Positions 44,629-60,933 of a DNA stretch of 64,000 bases are shown one piece after another. The DNA is from the human T2T-CHM13v2.0 reference genome, Homo sapiens, in the NCBI RefSeq assembly GCF_009914755.1, contig NC_060938.1. One strand, given 5' to 3'. The position numbers and the translations under genes were made by a program. Position 1 is the first letter of the stretch; every line of letters begins with the position of its first letter. The notes beneath the pieces are model-generated. The model saw only the letters and a program-made list of their open reading frames with translations, made no database searches and was not told the origin of the DNA.

Positions 44629-45148
44629 CATTGTGAAACTTTTCTATCTTTTGAGCAAAGGAAGTACAGATGTATATGATGTAAACTAATCCAGGTAACA
44701 ACTGCGAAGTAGGAATGAGATTATAATAGGAAAATAAATAACCCCCCAGTGGGGTTTAGCTTCTTTAAAGTGGAGTTATCAAGTCAAAGGACTTGCCTAT
44801 ATTTAAGGCTTTTAATATATCTTGCCAAATTTCCTTCCAGAAAAATTGCAACACAGCACATTCCCACCAGCAGCATATGATAGTAGGCCCTACAATCACA
44901 GCCTGGATCAGGGAGAGGTAGGGTCACCAGTCCCCTTCCCTGCCTGCTGTCCCCAGAGGGCTTTTTAAACCTCATTTGGTGAAGACGACAACATGGTTCA
45001 CCGAGAATGGCAGACACCTGTACTACAAAAGGGTCCTACACACTGTTAGGGAGCCGTCTAGCAAGATTCCATACCGCACAGGGGCCACCGGGGCTGCTAC
45101 ACGGATTTCTAGTTTCCTCTTCACCAAGGCACCCATGAGTGCTCTTAG

Positions 45149-45550
<402 letters not shown>

Positions 45551-45591
45551 AGTTACTTTTATTCACATATTTACTCCTGATTTCTGCCTAA

Positions 45592-45897
<306 letters not shown>

Positions 45898-46014
45898 CCT
45901 AAGATCACTTTAAATCCAATTCTTGTTAGGCATATTACGAAAAAGGGCAGTCTCTTTAGCTATCATCTGCATAAAGTCTGCCACCAGGGACTTAAGTCAT
46001 GCACTCATCCCTAC

Positions 46015-46680
46015 ATTCATTCATTTTTTTATTCAACATATGTAATGCCCACCTCCTATGTGCCAGGCATAATGAGAAGCACAGTGGTAGACAAGACATA
46101 CATAGCCCCTTTCCTCATGGAGCTTATTGCGTGGCAGTGGAGCAACATAATAGACAATAGACAAACAAGATAATATATAATTACCAAACTGTGCGACATA
46201 CCATAAAGGACACAGATAGACCCCTGTGAGAGTGCCCGCCCAGGGTGGGTGGATCTAGTTCAGAGGAGTGGGCAGGAATGCCTCTCTGAAGAGACCTCTC
46301 TAAAGGTGTTTAAACTAAGACTTGGAGGATGAGAATGAGAACGGGATGATTGGGGGAAACATATTCTCGACAAAGGGCACAGCATGTCCTTGAGATAGGA
46401 GAGTGCTTGGAGCTTGTAATGGATGAGAAGACGAATAGGGTGACCGTGGTCATAGGTGGGCTTGGAGCAGAGGGCAGTGAGCAGTTTTCCTTTTCTTCTA
46501 AATCCAGGCCACTGAATGGTTTCTAAGTACAGGCAAATAGAGGGAACAGGGCCCTCATTCCCATTTACAAATGAGCACATTCCCATTTGTAAATGGATTA
46601 GAGAAAATGGAGCAGGAGAGTGGCCTGGCTGGACTATTGCAGTAGTCCAGGAGAGACGGCTGACACCAGGATGTAAAATG
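46015..46680 (-). mobile_element. L2
   Basis: cattcattcatt..caacata...cctcctatgtgccaggc...cctcatggagctta. Confidence 0.8.
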
Positions 46681-48236
46681 AAGCCAAGAAGAATTTTCAT
46701 GGCATCTTGTCCAAGCCATCCTATCAGGCATCATGTAGCTCTGGAGCCAGATCAGGCTGGCAAAGGGGCGGCGGGTGCTGTCAGTTTTTTACACAAAGTC
46801 AGCTGCCATCTACAAACAGGGTAACAGAGTGCCAGACAGACCTGAGACCCTCCCTCATCTGTGAAGGCCTTGAACTCCATTTGTAAAAGAGCAAAATCCC
46901 TCTCCACAGGCACATGTAATGTTTAAAGGGAAAACCCCAGGAGCGGGCCTATTTCGACCTGTTCTCAGTTGTTGATGCCTGAGTGGAAAGGAGTTTCTGA
47001 GACCTGACCTTAGGCAAGTCACCCTATTCGTATGGATCTGTTTCCTCACCAATGAGATGAGAGGGTTTGTCTCTTCCCTCCCTTCATCACTCATTCATTC
47101 AACAGCCCGCCCAGGTGCTGGGGAGGGAGATGAGTGAGATCCCATGAAGCTGAAACTCCAGCAGGCCTCTTCGGTTCCTGTTAGTCTGTAGAAATCACAT
47201 CACTGGTTTCCTCATTTTGCTGAGGACCTCCCTGAGTCCAGGGAACTTCGGAGCATCACGCTCGAGTCTCCTTCCCAGGGCCCTGTCGCCCCTCCTCCCA
47301 GCTCATCTGATAGGTCCTTTTCACCGGCCTAGACTCCTCCTGGGGGCTTTAGCTCAATGTCTGGACTACAATGGAGGTTAGAAGCTCACCCCGATTTACC
47401 AGGCTGGTGTGCCCCAGAAACACAGGATGCTCACTCAGACACCTGGAGTTTGTGACAACTGCCGAGCAAAGTGACATTCCTGCCTCCGGGACCCATTCTC
47501 AAACCATTTCCACCTCGCTCCCCCCAGCCACCTCCTCAAAATCCCCCCCTTGCAGCAGCCTGGTCTCTGCGCAGGCCAGAATCTGGTCCTAAGTGATTGT
47601 CAGTGAATTTCCACAGCCTGAAAACACTCACACAGCGACCAGGGCTAATGCCAAAGCTTGTTAATATGGATCTAACGTGAATTCTTTCTAGAAGGGTCTT
47701 GCTCTACAGGCCAAAAACCTGTTGGCTTTTTTTTTTTTTTGAGGGGAAAAACGAAATGACATCAAAAAACAGAAAGAAAGGGAAGACATTGAACAGACAC
47801 TGAAGGCCTACTGTGCACCAGTGGATTTTATATGCGTTAACTTTCTGGTAGCCCATTTTAAAGGTGGGCCTTTTGAGCCTGGGAGAAGTTTGCACGGGAA
47901 CGGTCAGCCAGTAAGTTTCAAGACTGGGAATCAAATCACGCTTGTTTGTCTCCAAAATTTTCCCTCTTTACTACCTGGCACTCAGATGAAAACAGGCCTG
48001 GAGTAAAGACGGATGGCATTTTGGACATGGCCTCCATATCCCATATGGCTGCTGACTAGCTCTGCTTAATTCAGTCAATAAATGTGAGTCGCTGCATGCC
48101 CGGCCCAGGGGGCAGAAAGCTTCCCAAGATATGTGCCCTGCTCCACAGAGCTTATAACTAGCAGAGACGTAAGATAACACGCAGCAGGGAAAGAAAAGAG
48201 AATGTTGAGGAACCTGGTTCTAAGTAAAAGAATGGA

Positions 48237-48545
48237 GGCAGCGGGGTGATATGGCTCGCACCTGTAATCCCAGCACTTTGTGAGGCTGAGGCAAGAGGAT
48301 CACTTGAGCTCAGGAGTTCGAGACCAGCCTGGACAACATAATGAGACCTTGTCTCTACTAAGGAAAAGAAAATCAGCCAGGTGTGGTGGCACACGCCTGT
48401 AGTCCCAGCTACTCAGGCTGGAGGCTGAAGTGGGAGGATCACCTAAGCTTGGGAGATCAAGGCTATAGTGAGCCACTATTAAGCCACTGTATTCTAGCCT
48501 GGGCGACAGAGTGAACCCTGTCTCAAAATAAATAAATAAAAATTT
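48237..48545 (+). mobile_element. AluJb-like
   Basis: Full dimer with J diagnostics. Confidence 0.92.
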
Positions 48546-49334
48546 TAAATAAGATGGAAACTCCCAGGGACCCAGGAGTGGTCCTTTCTGGGTATGTCGC
48601 AACTCAGATTTCTTTCCTTGGGAGATTTTCTCTTTGATTTTCAGTAGGAAGCTACCCCTTCCATGAAAGGAAATTAACGTGGCAAAACCTGCCCTTCAGG
48701 AGAACGATATGTTTTATAGTTATCTGGGAACACAGCTCTGGCTGAGGACGTGCCTCCCGGCTTGGGTGTGCTCCAGGGCGAGGCCTCTCTGGGTGGAATT
48801 TCGCCAACACGCATTTTACAGAGAACGTGAGGGAAATCTATCCCGAGGTTTATTTCTGCAGAGTCTGTAATAACAGGGGAAGACGTCCATGATAGGTTTT
48901 AAAAAAGAAAGGAAGGAGTGGAGGGAGGAAGGAAGGGAGGGAGGAAAGTGTATTCATTTTCTCTGGCTGCATAACAAGTCACCATGCATTTAGCAACTTG
49001 ATATAAGTTCATTACCTCCATGTTCCTGCGGGTCAGGAGTCAAGGCCCAGACCTGCTGGGTCCCTGCCAAAGGTCTCCCGCAGCTGCAGCCCAGGTGCTG
49101 ACTGGGGCTGTGTCTCATCTGGAGCTCCTCCAAACTCATTCAGGTTGCTGGCTGTTGGATGGGAGAGGTGGGGACCACTCTCAGCTCCCAGAGGCCACCA
49201 CAACTTGCCACAGGCCACCCCCCGCCCCTTTAACCCAAAACTGGAGAGCCTCTCATACATTGAATCCCCCCCACGCAGTTCAGCCCCCACACTCCAAATC
49301 TCTGCCTTCTCTGTCTCTGATCTCCTGACCCAGA

Positions 49335-50054
<720 letters not shown>

Positions 50055-50337
50055 TTCTGACCCAGATTTTAAGGACTCATCTGATGAGGCCAGGCCCACC
50101 AGGATATCTCTTAACCTTAAGGCAGCTGACTTGGGACTTTAATTACATCTGCAAGATTCCTTCACAGTAACACCTAGGTTTGTGTTTGATTGAAGAGCTG
50201 AGAGAAAGCCTATGTCCACCAGGGGCCAGGAATTTGAGGGGCTCCCTGAGACTTCTGCCTACAAGACAGACAAAGCGAGATGGAGAGAGAGAAAGAAGTC
50301 AAGATTGAATCTTAGGAAAGTAAGATATTATAAAGGT

Positions 50338-50640
50338 GGGCCAGGCGTGGAGGCTCCTGCCTGTAATCCCAGCACTTTGGGAGGCCGAGGCAAGCAGATC
50401 ACCTGAGGTCAGGAGTTTGAGACCAGCTTGGCCAGCATGGTGAAACCCAGTCTCTACTAAAAATGCCAAAATTAGCTGGGCATGGTGGCATGTGCCTTTA
50501 GTTCCAGCTAGTCAGGAGGGAAGCTGAGGTGGGAGAATCACTTGAACCCAGGAGGTGGAGGCTTCAGTGAGCCGAGATCGCACCACTGCACTCCAGCCTG
50601 GGCAACAGAGAGAGACTCTGACTCAAATAAATAAAGAAAC
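50338..50640 (+). mobile_element. AluSx-like
   Basis: Full dimer. Confidence 0.93.
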
Positions 50641-51149
50641 AGGTGGAAAGCAAATAAAAAATTTAAAAAAAAAAAAAAGAAGTTGGGAAGTTCCCTGATG
50701 GAACAGGCTCCAAAGAGGCTGCTGTTTGGTGTGGTCTGTGGTGGAGCATGGAACAGTAGGTTAAGAAACACAGTTGTTGCAAGGGCCAAGTGGAGACCCT
50801 GCCCACCCTCCAGCATACAGAGATCCCTGCAGACCATCCACACTTCCCGGAGCTGCAGTCCAGCACCCAGCATGTGAAACTGGCCAGATGGGCACAGCTG
50901 TGGTCCCTTGTCAAAGCAGCATAGCAGCCGGACATCATGGAGAACCCCCACCTCAGTGCCCAGCTGGACTTTGCTTAGCCACACGAGCATTTGCTTAGCT
51001 AAGAGTACTTGCATTTCATCAATGAGGCCAAGGGTGGGGTCCATCTCTCCAAATGGACAGTCCATCTGATTCATTATCTTTTCTAGTTGCCTGAAGCTCT
51101 CTCATTTAAGTAGAAAACTTTTTAAAAAAGAATTTAAAGTGACAACTTG

Positions 51150-51665
51150 CCTTGTTTTTCTCTTCCTTCAAGTGCAATATATATTCATTGTAGACAGAGA
51201 AGAAGAAAACACAAATTAACAGAATGATAAAATACTCCTACACATAATCCCATCCTAGAGAAAACTGCTTTTAGAAACTTGTATATATTTTTGTCCAAAA
51301 TGGGAGGATATTATAGGCATTGCTTTATAACTAATTTTTAACTTATTGTATTGAGAAGTTCATTGCATATCAGTATTTTTCTACCATTGTAGATATATCA
51401 TCATTTATTTCACCAGTCTCCTGTTGTAAATAACGTTGCAATGAACATATGAAAACTGTCTTAATTGTTCCTTAGAATCAATGCCTGGAAGAGGGATTAG
51501 TGGAGTGAGTAATCTTGTGTCTCAGTTTCTTCACCTATAAAATGAGGATAGTAGTAGTATACATGTCCAAGGAAATGGAAGCAGTTAAGTGAGAAAAAAA
51601 AACATATAAAGCAATTTAAACAGGGTGCAGCACAGAGGAAATGCTTGATGAAAGTTGGTGGTTAG
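51150..51665. mobile_element. L1ME fragment (-) followed by MIR (+)
   Basis: cataatcccatc..agagaaaac; aaataacgttgcaatgaacat; gtgtctcagtttcttcacctataaaatgagg. Confidence 0.65.
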
Positions 51666-51793
51666 CAGCACCTTTTTCAAAAACATGCTTGTTAATGGAA
51701 ATGTTTCTAGCATATATCACATACAGGCACCAGCCTAGCCAATGGCAGAACCTGGGCGTCCACATGCCCACAGTGGTAAAAGTCCAGGGTCCC

Positions 51794-52262
51794 TGTGGTT
51801 ATCTCCAAAGATGGCCACCATCAGTTCCCCTTCCCTGAGAGGGCATGCTGCTCCTCACAGCAATTTCCCCTCCAGTTGAATTGGATATGGCCTTTCGACT
51901 TGCTTTGGCCAACAGAACTCAGCAGAAATGACTGTGCACCAGACCCAGGACCAGCCTTTAGAGGACTGACAATTTCCTTCTCCCACTTAGAAGCAGCCAC
52001 GTGTATAGGTTCAGCTACTTTGAGACCATGATGCTGTGGTCCATGCTGGCCATGTGAGAGAGAGATAGATGCCCAGGTAACCCCAGCTGGTCCAGCCACA
52101 CAACCGAGGAGCCAGACACAGGAGTGAAGATGCCATCTTGATGTTTCCAGCCCTAGAAGAGGCCATGTGGAGCAGAAGAACCACCCTGCTGAGCACAGCT
52201 AATAAATGGCTATTTAAACCACTGAGCTTTCATTGAGTATTCCACAATAAATAACTGAAACA
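51794..52262 (+). mobile_element. MLT1G/H-like solo LTR
   Basis: caaagatggccacc; gacttgctttggccaacagaa; ataactgaaaca end. Confidence 0.8.
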
Positions 52263-52402
52263 CCTCCAACAATCTTCAGGTGAACTTCTGCGTATACCAA
52301 GAATCAATCCTGGCTGTTCTTGCCCAGATGGGAAACTGAAAGCTGGACCCTGCTCTTTGAGGCCAGAGGCCCCCACACCCCACCTGCATGTTGTTGCTGT
52401 AA

Positions 52403-53345
52403 TCAGTGGTTCATCCTAGGAGTGCTAACCATCTCCCCAGGGGGACATGAATTTTGGATTTCTGTGGGTGGGGTTGGTTGTTACAATAATTGAGGAGGGA
52501 GGATAAATGTCATTTCTTGGGTGGAATAGGTGCCCCTGAGGCATGGGACAGTCCCAGAGAACAAAGGATTGCCCAACTAGGCATTCATTGAAGTAAAAAC
52601 CATTATGCAATTAACCAAACTTAGAGGCCTGTGCTGAGGGTGATTTTGCCTCCTAGGGAACATTCAGCTTTTCTTTGAGACAATTTTGTTTGTCACACTG
52701 TGGGAGGGGGTGCTCCTGGCATCTGGTGGGTAGAGGCCAGGAATACTGCTAAATACCCTACAATGCGTAGGACAGCCCCCATCACAAAAAAATGGTCCTG
52801 CCCCAAATGTCAATAGTGCTGGGAAATCCCGACCCAGAGCTTTACTCTGTTTTATGTATAAATGTAGTCTTTTCTACAAGTTTGTAATATACACTAAACT
52901 TTTCTGGAGTTAAACTATGGAATTAAACTACCATAAAAATCAATGAAACTTTAGTAAAAAAAAATCATCCACCTTTCAGAAAAGCACCTATCTGGGCACC
53001 AAGGCTTTTTCTGTGTGAGTTGCCAGCCCACACTGGCTCTCACATTAACAGCAGTTTGCCCAGTAGATGCAAGCCCTCCCCTGCCTCACTGTGTCTTCCA
53101 GTGTAGTCAAGCCCAAGCATTTACTTACTGAAATGCACACCATTTTTATTATAAATCCTTTTCTATTTCTTCTTTCTCTAACAGGTAGGGCATTCTAATG
53201 ATTTCTAAGATTTTGTATGTAGTTAACTTATGTGTGTAGTGCTATAAGACTAGGGATTTTTATTTCAGAATCATAAAGGAGAGGCTACAAAATATTTTAG
53301 GATAATAGAGGGGAGATGACACTAGTTGTTAGAAGGTGACATTGA
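52403..53345 (+). mobile_element. MER20B with nested MER20 (~52635-52832)
   Basis: cagtggttc..; gggacagtcc...aaaggattgccc; nested ctcctggcatctggtgggtagaggccagg...ccccaaatgtcaatagtgc. Confidence 0.75.
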
Positions 53346-53472
53346 GTCAGACAGGTGGAGGACTGTTTCTCGAGAACATATCATGATGCTGTCCCCAAAG
53401 CCATAGACAGACTTGACACTGAGCAAAAGCGACACTCACCTCCCCAAAGAAGGCACCCTGGCAGAAAAATGA

Positions 53473-54225
<753 letters not shown>

Positions 54226-55304
54226 TATTAGTTATTTTTAATAACATAATAAGCACCTGCCAATACCACCCAAGGCACAGTTAAGATCTCAACAATACAT
54301 GCCATTTAACAATATGGTCTTTCCCACAACCCCACCCCCAGTCTTGCATTCAACATTACCTTGCTTTCCATTTAATATAGTTTTATTGCCTATATGAATT
54401 CCCATAAAATATATTTATTTACTTTACTTACATGTAAATGTATTCAAAGGGTATTATACCGTATGCAATCTTTGGGGCTGTTTTATTTTACTCAATATTA
54501 TCTCTTTTAAAATTTCATAGTATACTGCTAAAACCCATTTGTGTTTTGCATTCACTCATTTTCCAGGTTGCATCATATTCCATCCCGAGCACATTCTGCA
54601 GCTCCACCCCGGACCTGTGTTTGGCTTTGGGGAGCTGTTAGGGCCTTGCTCTTGTAAAGATTGCTGCTCTGAACAACCAAGGAACTCTTGTCTTCCAGGA
54701 ACTTGGATTTCTTTCACACACAGATGCAGAAGAGCGTCTCTTACTTGGCTCTTCCTGGAGAGCAAACTGAATGGAACAAGCCTACACCTTTCTAGTTGAT
54801 TTGAGGTTGACATTAAGATGGAAAGAGCAAGTGTTCTGCTGCAGAAAGAACTTGCCATGGCCCTGCTCCGCCTTGTGCCAGCAGTGACTCTAAGTGAGTC
54901 ATTGTCGTCTTGGAACCTCAGTTCCTTCATCTCTGCATGGGGGACCATGAACCATTCCTCTCAAGGATATGTGAGTTTCAAGATGCTTCCTGCACCTCCA
55001 AGTGAAGCACAAATGGCCCTGGGGAGCAGGTCCGGGTTTCCCTGGGGAACAGAGCATGACTTCCCAAAAGATTGTTGGGCCAGAGTGGGAGTGGTGAGGG
55101 GCTAGATATTTTCATGTAAATCAAACACAACCATGCTAGGTGGTAAGAACAGTATATACATGCAAGTCTCAAGCTAAATCAGCTGTAAACATAAGAGAGG
55201 CAGCTTGTGGGCCATTGGTTTCCCCAGGACAGCAAGGGAGCCCAACTCTTAGACTCTTACCTCCGAATAAATCTGACCACCTGTCTACTCAGTGTCGCCA
55301 TTCT

Positions 55305-55461
<157 letters not shown>

Positions 55462-55709
55462 TGATGGGACCGTGTCAGGCATCTTAAACTGAGTGTATGC
55501 AAAACAGCCCAGCCTCACCCTGACCTCCAAACTTGACTCTCCCCCAAGGTTTTCTCTACCTCTGAGCAACCCCCAACCTCATGCACAGCCAGTTGTAACC
55601 CCAAGATACAGTCAGTCCCCAAGGCCCTCAAATTTTGTCTCAGGTGCATCTCTTCCATTTCATTTTTACTTCTGCTGTACTAAAAAATAATAAAAATAAC
55701 AGTAAATAA

Positions 55710-55905
55710 ATATATAGAGATGCTTCTTAAATGCTGGGAACTGTTTCAAGCATTTTGCATATAGCAATTTATTTAACTGGATTATTGTTATTGTTATTAT
55801 TACTAAGCCAATCCAAAACCCAAATTTGTAAAAGGCAGAATTGGGATTTGAACCCAAGGAATCGGGCTCAGAGCCCATGGGTATGAACACCATCCTGTAC
55901 TGCCC
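55710..55905 (-). mobile_element. MIR (internally deleted)
   Basis: ggcagaattgggatttgaacccaag. Confidence 0.6.
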
Positions 55906-56691
55906 CCTGCATGTTCCCAGCCTAGAAACCAGGACAGGGACCCCTACAGAGCACGTAGCTAGCAGGAGGGCCTCCAGGGGTTGAACTTCTCATGTCCCTA
56001 CTGAGGCCCGGGTGGACTCAAGGCCAAGGTTGGGTCACACATTTTGCTGAGGCACTCAGGGAAGTCACGGAGTACACGTGGCATCTACTATAGAAAAATT
56101 AGCTAGCTACACAGTTCCCAAATTAAATGCAGCCTGATGTAGTCTCAGTTGGCTGGTGCACAAAGTAATATTTGTTCCTCTCCAGTCCTAATATTATGAT
56201 CCTATTAACAAGGGAGCATTACCTAAAAGGCTGGGAGAAGAGCCCAGAGATGCTGGTGAAGGCAGCCAGGAAGCCCTGCTAGCGCCCAGCAGTTGCAGCC
56301 AGGGATCAAGTGCTATGCTGGACGCTATGCATGTGGCTTCTCTGGAGCCAGATCATCCCTGACTACATGCTCCCGATAACCACCACCAACCATAAGTCCT
56401 TCCCCTGCATGCTCAGGCTATTTCCCATCTCTTTTCTGCTAGGCATACCCTCCTTTTGGAGGAGCTCAGGGAAGGAAGGGACGGGGGATAGCTCTACGTC
56501 AACTCCTCCCTGCCTAGGGCTCTCTCCTAGACCATCATAGATGAACACGAGTCAGATCATGCATCTTACTGGATGTGTGAAAACAGAGCCCTAACTTTCA
56601 CCTTGGGGCCTTAAAATAGATACAGCCCTCACAGCAGGAGGTCACTATTTCCAAAGGACTGACAGTTGCTTGTTCGAAAGATAATTACTTA

Positions 56692-56868
56692 ACTGGGCAT
56701 GGTGGTGTGCCTGTGAGTCCTAGCTACTTGGGAGGCTGAGGCAGAAGGATTGCTTGAGCTCAGGAATTCAAGGCTGCAGTGAGCTGTAGTCACACCATGG
56801 CACTCCAACCTGACAGAGCAAGACCATGTCTAAAAAAAACGTTTTTTTATTTAAGAAAAAAAAAAAAG
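56692..56868 (+). mobile_element. FRAM / Alu right monomer
   Basis: Right arm only. Confidence 0.85.
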
Positions 56869-57401
56869 AATGACCTACTTGCCATATCCCTAAAAATGCA
56901 TACATAATATCTTGGAATAACAAGACAGAGATGATTATTACTTGATGATAGGACTACTGAAAACAGTTTAAACTTTTTTTCAGTTCTTTTTGTTTTCAGG
57001 TTTCATTCCACTGGGGATATTCAGTCACATCACTGTGCTTCTCCTTGAAATCATTCTGTTGTGTGTACTTGTGCCACCAACTGGATACATGGTCAGGCTC
57101 ATTTGTTTTATTTTGCTTTTGATTTTCCAGGATTTCTGTTTTCCTTCTATTTTGATTTCCTTTTGTCCTGTATCTAAAAGATTCTGGGAGAGGTGGGCTT
57201 CAGGATCAGATGCCAGGTTCTGTTTCTCTGGTTCTTCCCTGCTGTGGGACTTTGAACAAGTCACTTTAATTCCATGAGCTGAGTGTTCTCACCTCTAAGC
57301 AGAGTGATCACACCTACCTGGCCAGGTGCAGGGGGTGAAGTGGAGTCGGGGCAGGGACTTAGTGGTGGGAATGACACTGAATAACTAAAATACACTGAAA
57401 T

Positions 57402-57712
57402 AGCTGGGCGCAGAGGCTCATGCCTGTAACCCTAGCACTTTGGGAAGCCGAGGCAGGAAGATTGCTTGAGACTAGGAGTTCGAGACCAGCTTGGGCAACA
57501 TAGGGAGACCTCGTCTCTCCAAAATAAAATTAAAATATCAGCTGAGGTGGTGGCAACACACCTGTAGTCCTAGCTACTCAGGAGGCTGAGGCAGGAGGAT
57601 CACTTGAGCAGAGGAGTTTTGAGTCTGCAGTGAACTGTGATTACACCACTGTACTCCAGCCTGGGTAACAGAGCAAGACCTCATCTTCAATGAATAAATG
57701 ATAAATGAATAA
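57402..57712 (+). mobile_element. AluJ
   Basis: Full dimer; TSD-like atacac(t/c)gaaa. Confidence 0.92.
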
Positions 57713-58229
57713 GATACACCGAAACACCAGAGGAAAGGCCTGGTTTGGTGTCCACTGGCTACGAAATGCTCATTCTTCCTCCCTTTGAAGCAGCCTCCAG
57801 CTTCCTGTGCTGTGTCCAAGGGCAGAGACAGGGCTGCTGACCGAAACTTAGAGTCCTCCATGCAGCACAGCAAGGGGTCTGGCCAGACTTGGGGCCGCCT
57901 CGGAGGAGTCGTGCCATCCATTCTGGACACTCCATTCTCCTGGGAAGCCTTTGACATGCCCCGCTATCCTGCTTCCAAGGACAGGGCGGTGAGCACCAGT
58001 CGTGTTGAGAGTTCTTACGCCTTGCTCAAAGCCACATAACTTATGAAGGATAGAACTAACTCCTCATCTGGCCCTTGGCTGGAACTTGAGCTCATGACTT
58101 TCTCTCTCTGACCCTGGGCTTCCCCACAGGTAAAATGGAGACACGTATAGTGCCCGTGTAGAGAGGACACAGTAGGGTACATCGCTGGTTGCCTGGGTTC
58201 ACTTTCCAGTCTTTCCACTTCTGGCTGGA

Positions 58230-58410
58230 TGAATCCAGGCAAGGACATGACACTCTCTGTGCCTCTGTTGCCTTATCTGTAAAACAGATGATCATTGAAC
58301 CAACCTCATAGGCTCATGGCAAAAATTAAATTTGTCTATGAATGCAAGGTGCTAGCTAGCCTAGTGCTGGAATAAAGCAAGCACTCAGTATTCATTAGCT
58401 ATTATTTTAC
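58230..58410 (+). mobile_element. MIR
   Basis: ctctctgtgcctctgtt..tctgtaaaa...aacctcatagg. Confidence 0.75.
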
Positions 58411-58466
58411 TGAGGCAATTCTTGTTATTAACACCTCATGGCACTGCTATTTCTACTGTGGTTTGG

Positions 58467-58469
58467 TTT

Positions 58470-58521
<52 letters not shown>

Positions 58522-58790
58522 GTTTGAGACAGGGTCTTGCCCTGTCACCAGGCTGGAGTATAGTGGTGCAATCATGGCTCACTGCAACCTCGAACTCCTG
58601 AGCTCAGGCCATCCTCCCATTTCACATTCTGGAGTAGTTGGGACTATGGGACCACCACAACCAGCTAATTTTTGTATGTTTTTATAGAGACATTTTGCCA
58701 GGCTGGTCTCGAACTCCTGGGCTCAAGCAAGCCACCCTCCTTAGCCTCCCAAAGTGCTGAGATTACAGGTGTGAGCCACAGCACCCGACC
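58467..58790 (-). mobile_element. AluJ with (TTTC)n tail
   Basis: Reverse dimer. Confidence 0.92.
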
Positions 58791-59159
58791 TGTGTCTTCT
58801 TTTTCTTTGTGTCTCTGGTGCCTCTGGAGTGCACTTCACCTCCCCCCTGATCTCAGCCCCCGCCCTGTCTTTCTCCTAGATCATTGGGAGGCTCATGGTA
58901 ATTAATGCATGCAGAATCACTACACTGACCTTAAGGTGCAATAAAAACTTAACTTTTGTGAATAAATGATTCATCTCCTCAAGACAAAGTATTGTGCCCC
59001 TACTTTGTGCTAAGTTTTGTGGCAGGAGATACAATTAACTCTGGATCAAATTTATTCTTCAGGGATCTTGAATAAAAGAAACCAGATAGGTAGACAATAG
59101 ATTTCCACTGAATCTTCAGAAGAACTTTCTGAGATGTGGCTGTTCCAGTGCTGATCTTA

Positions 59160-59305
59160 GTTGAGACAGTGGAGTATGTAAGAGCTGGGCCACCTGGGCT
59201 CAAATTCCATTCTCGTCACTTACCTGCTGTGTGGTTTCAGGAAAGCTACAGAGCCTCTCTGAGCTTCAGTGTCCTCGTCTGTGAAAGGGGATAACTAATG
59301 CAGTC
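59160..59305 (+). mobile_element. MIR
   Basis: cctgggctcaaattcc..cacttacctgctgtgtg..ctctctgagcttcagt. Confidence 0.75.
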
Positions 59306-60484
59306 TAGCAGGAATGTGCAGCCTGGAATGGCCTGCCTTGAGACCCAGGAAGTGGGTGAGGGCCTCTGTCCCTGGAAAATTATAGACAGGGAGGACAGGC
59401 ATATGGCTGGTTAGTGTGGAAGCAATCCCTGCCCTGAGCAGGGGTCTGCCCAGGTGAATTTAGAGACAGAGGCCTCTGAACTCCTGAGAGCTTACAAATC
59501 CATGGTCCAACCCTTGAGGAATGCTCAGGCTAGGGGAGGTGGGAAGTCACTAACACTGAGGGAGAAATGGTCAACGTCATGAGAGCATCACAAAGAGGTG
59601 AGGTCACAGGTTGCAAGGATGGCTCTTGAGCGAGAGGGCATGTGTGAGCATCTTGAAGGACAGTTTGGATTTAGACCTTCAAGTATGTGAAGGAAGGACA
59701 CCTGGCTGGATGTGGAACAGTCTGGTCTATAAATAGGGACTGTCAAGAACAGCTCCATTTCCTGGGGCTGTAGGATGGAACAGTGTAGGGTGGGGGCTGA
59801 CACAGCTTGAATATCAAGCAATGGGGTTTGAACATTTGCTGGGCACTGGGACTTCCAGAAGAACCAGCCTGGTCCTACCTTAACTGCTTTAAGCAGAACC
59901 AAAGACCAACTGTTTAAACCTTTGAGCTGCCCTCACTTTAGATCTGAAAAGAGCTGTCTGCAGTCCCCTGTGCCTACAGAATAAGGTTGTTGTGCTAGGG
60001 CCAGATGTTTGCATCTTACCTAGCTTGTTATTTCTTTATTCTAGGTTTCTTTGAGGGATCCAGACCACTAACAGGCTGGCATCTGTGGGTTGGTAAGAGG
60101 GAGGGTGGCCTGGGGGAGAGGGACACCACCAACAAAAACAGGCTCTTTCACTCTGGGGATCAGGTGCTCCTCAAACTGAGGGTGCAGGAGATAGCCACTA
60201 AGGTGCCACAACACAGACTCCTGCTTGAATGACAGCTCCAATAAGGATCTAGGAAGCGGTGTCAGCCTGCGGATGGGACTATGCAAATCATGGACCACAG
60301 GGAGGTGTCTTTGCAGAGATGTGATTAAATCCTACTGTATCTTGGCTCAAAGACCTCTGGGATCTGGGATAAGAGAGTAACCCCTGCCCTTTAACCTCCC
60401 CGGTCACCTCTCTCTGTCTTCCTCAATGCCTGACCTAACTCATCCTGGGCACAGCTCCAGCTCTGGAAATCATGGCAGTGCTTT

Positions 60485-60796
60485 GCTTTCATTTCATTTC
60501 ATTTATTTTTTGAAACAGGGTCTCACTCTGTTGCCAGACTGGAGTTCAGTGGTGTGATCTTGGCTCACTGCAACCTCGGCTCACTGCAACCTCCACCTCC
60601 CAAGTTCAAGTGATTGTCCTGCCTCAGCCTCCCAAGTAACTGGGATGACAGGCATATGCCACCATGCCTGGCTAATTTTGTATTTTTAGTAGAGATGGGG
60701 TTTCACCACGTTGGCCGAACTCCTGACCTCAAGTGATCCACCCCCCTAGGCCTCCCAAAGTGTTGGGATTACAGGCTTGAGCCACCATGCCTGGAC
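60485..60796 (-). mobile_element. AluSx-like with internal 16-bp duplication
   Basis: Reverse dimer; TSD-like tgctttg(c/a)ttt. Confidence 0.93.
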
Positions 60797-60933
60797 TGCT
60801 TTGATTTTAATTCAGCTGAAGAGTTATTTTTAAGAACCTCCCATGTGCCAGGCACCAGGAGAGGGGCTTTCTCTACTTTATTTCTCTTGATCCTTCCAAT
60901 AAACTGAAGAAGTAAAGACGGACATGGTGGCTT

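Noticed and set aside
48100-48116. CTCF-like ggcccagggggcag
   Set aside because: Only a partial match to the core motif, too weak to call without ChIP data.
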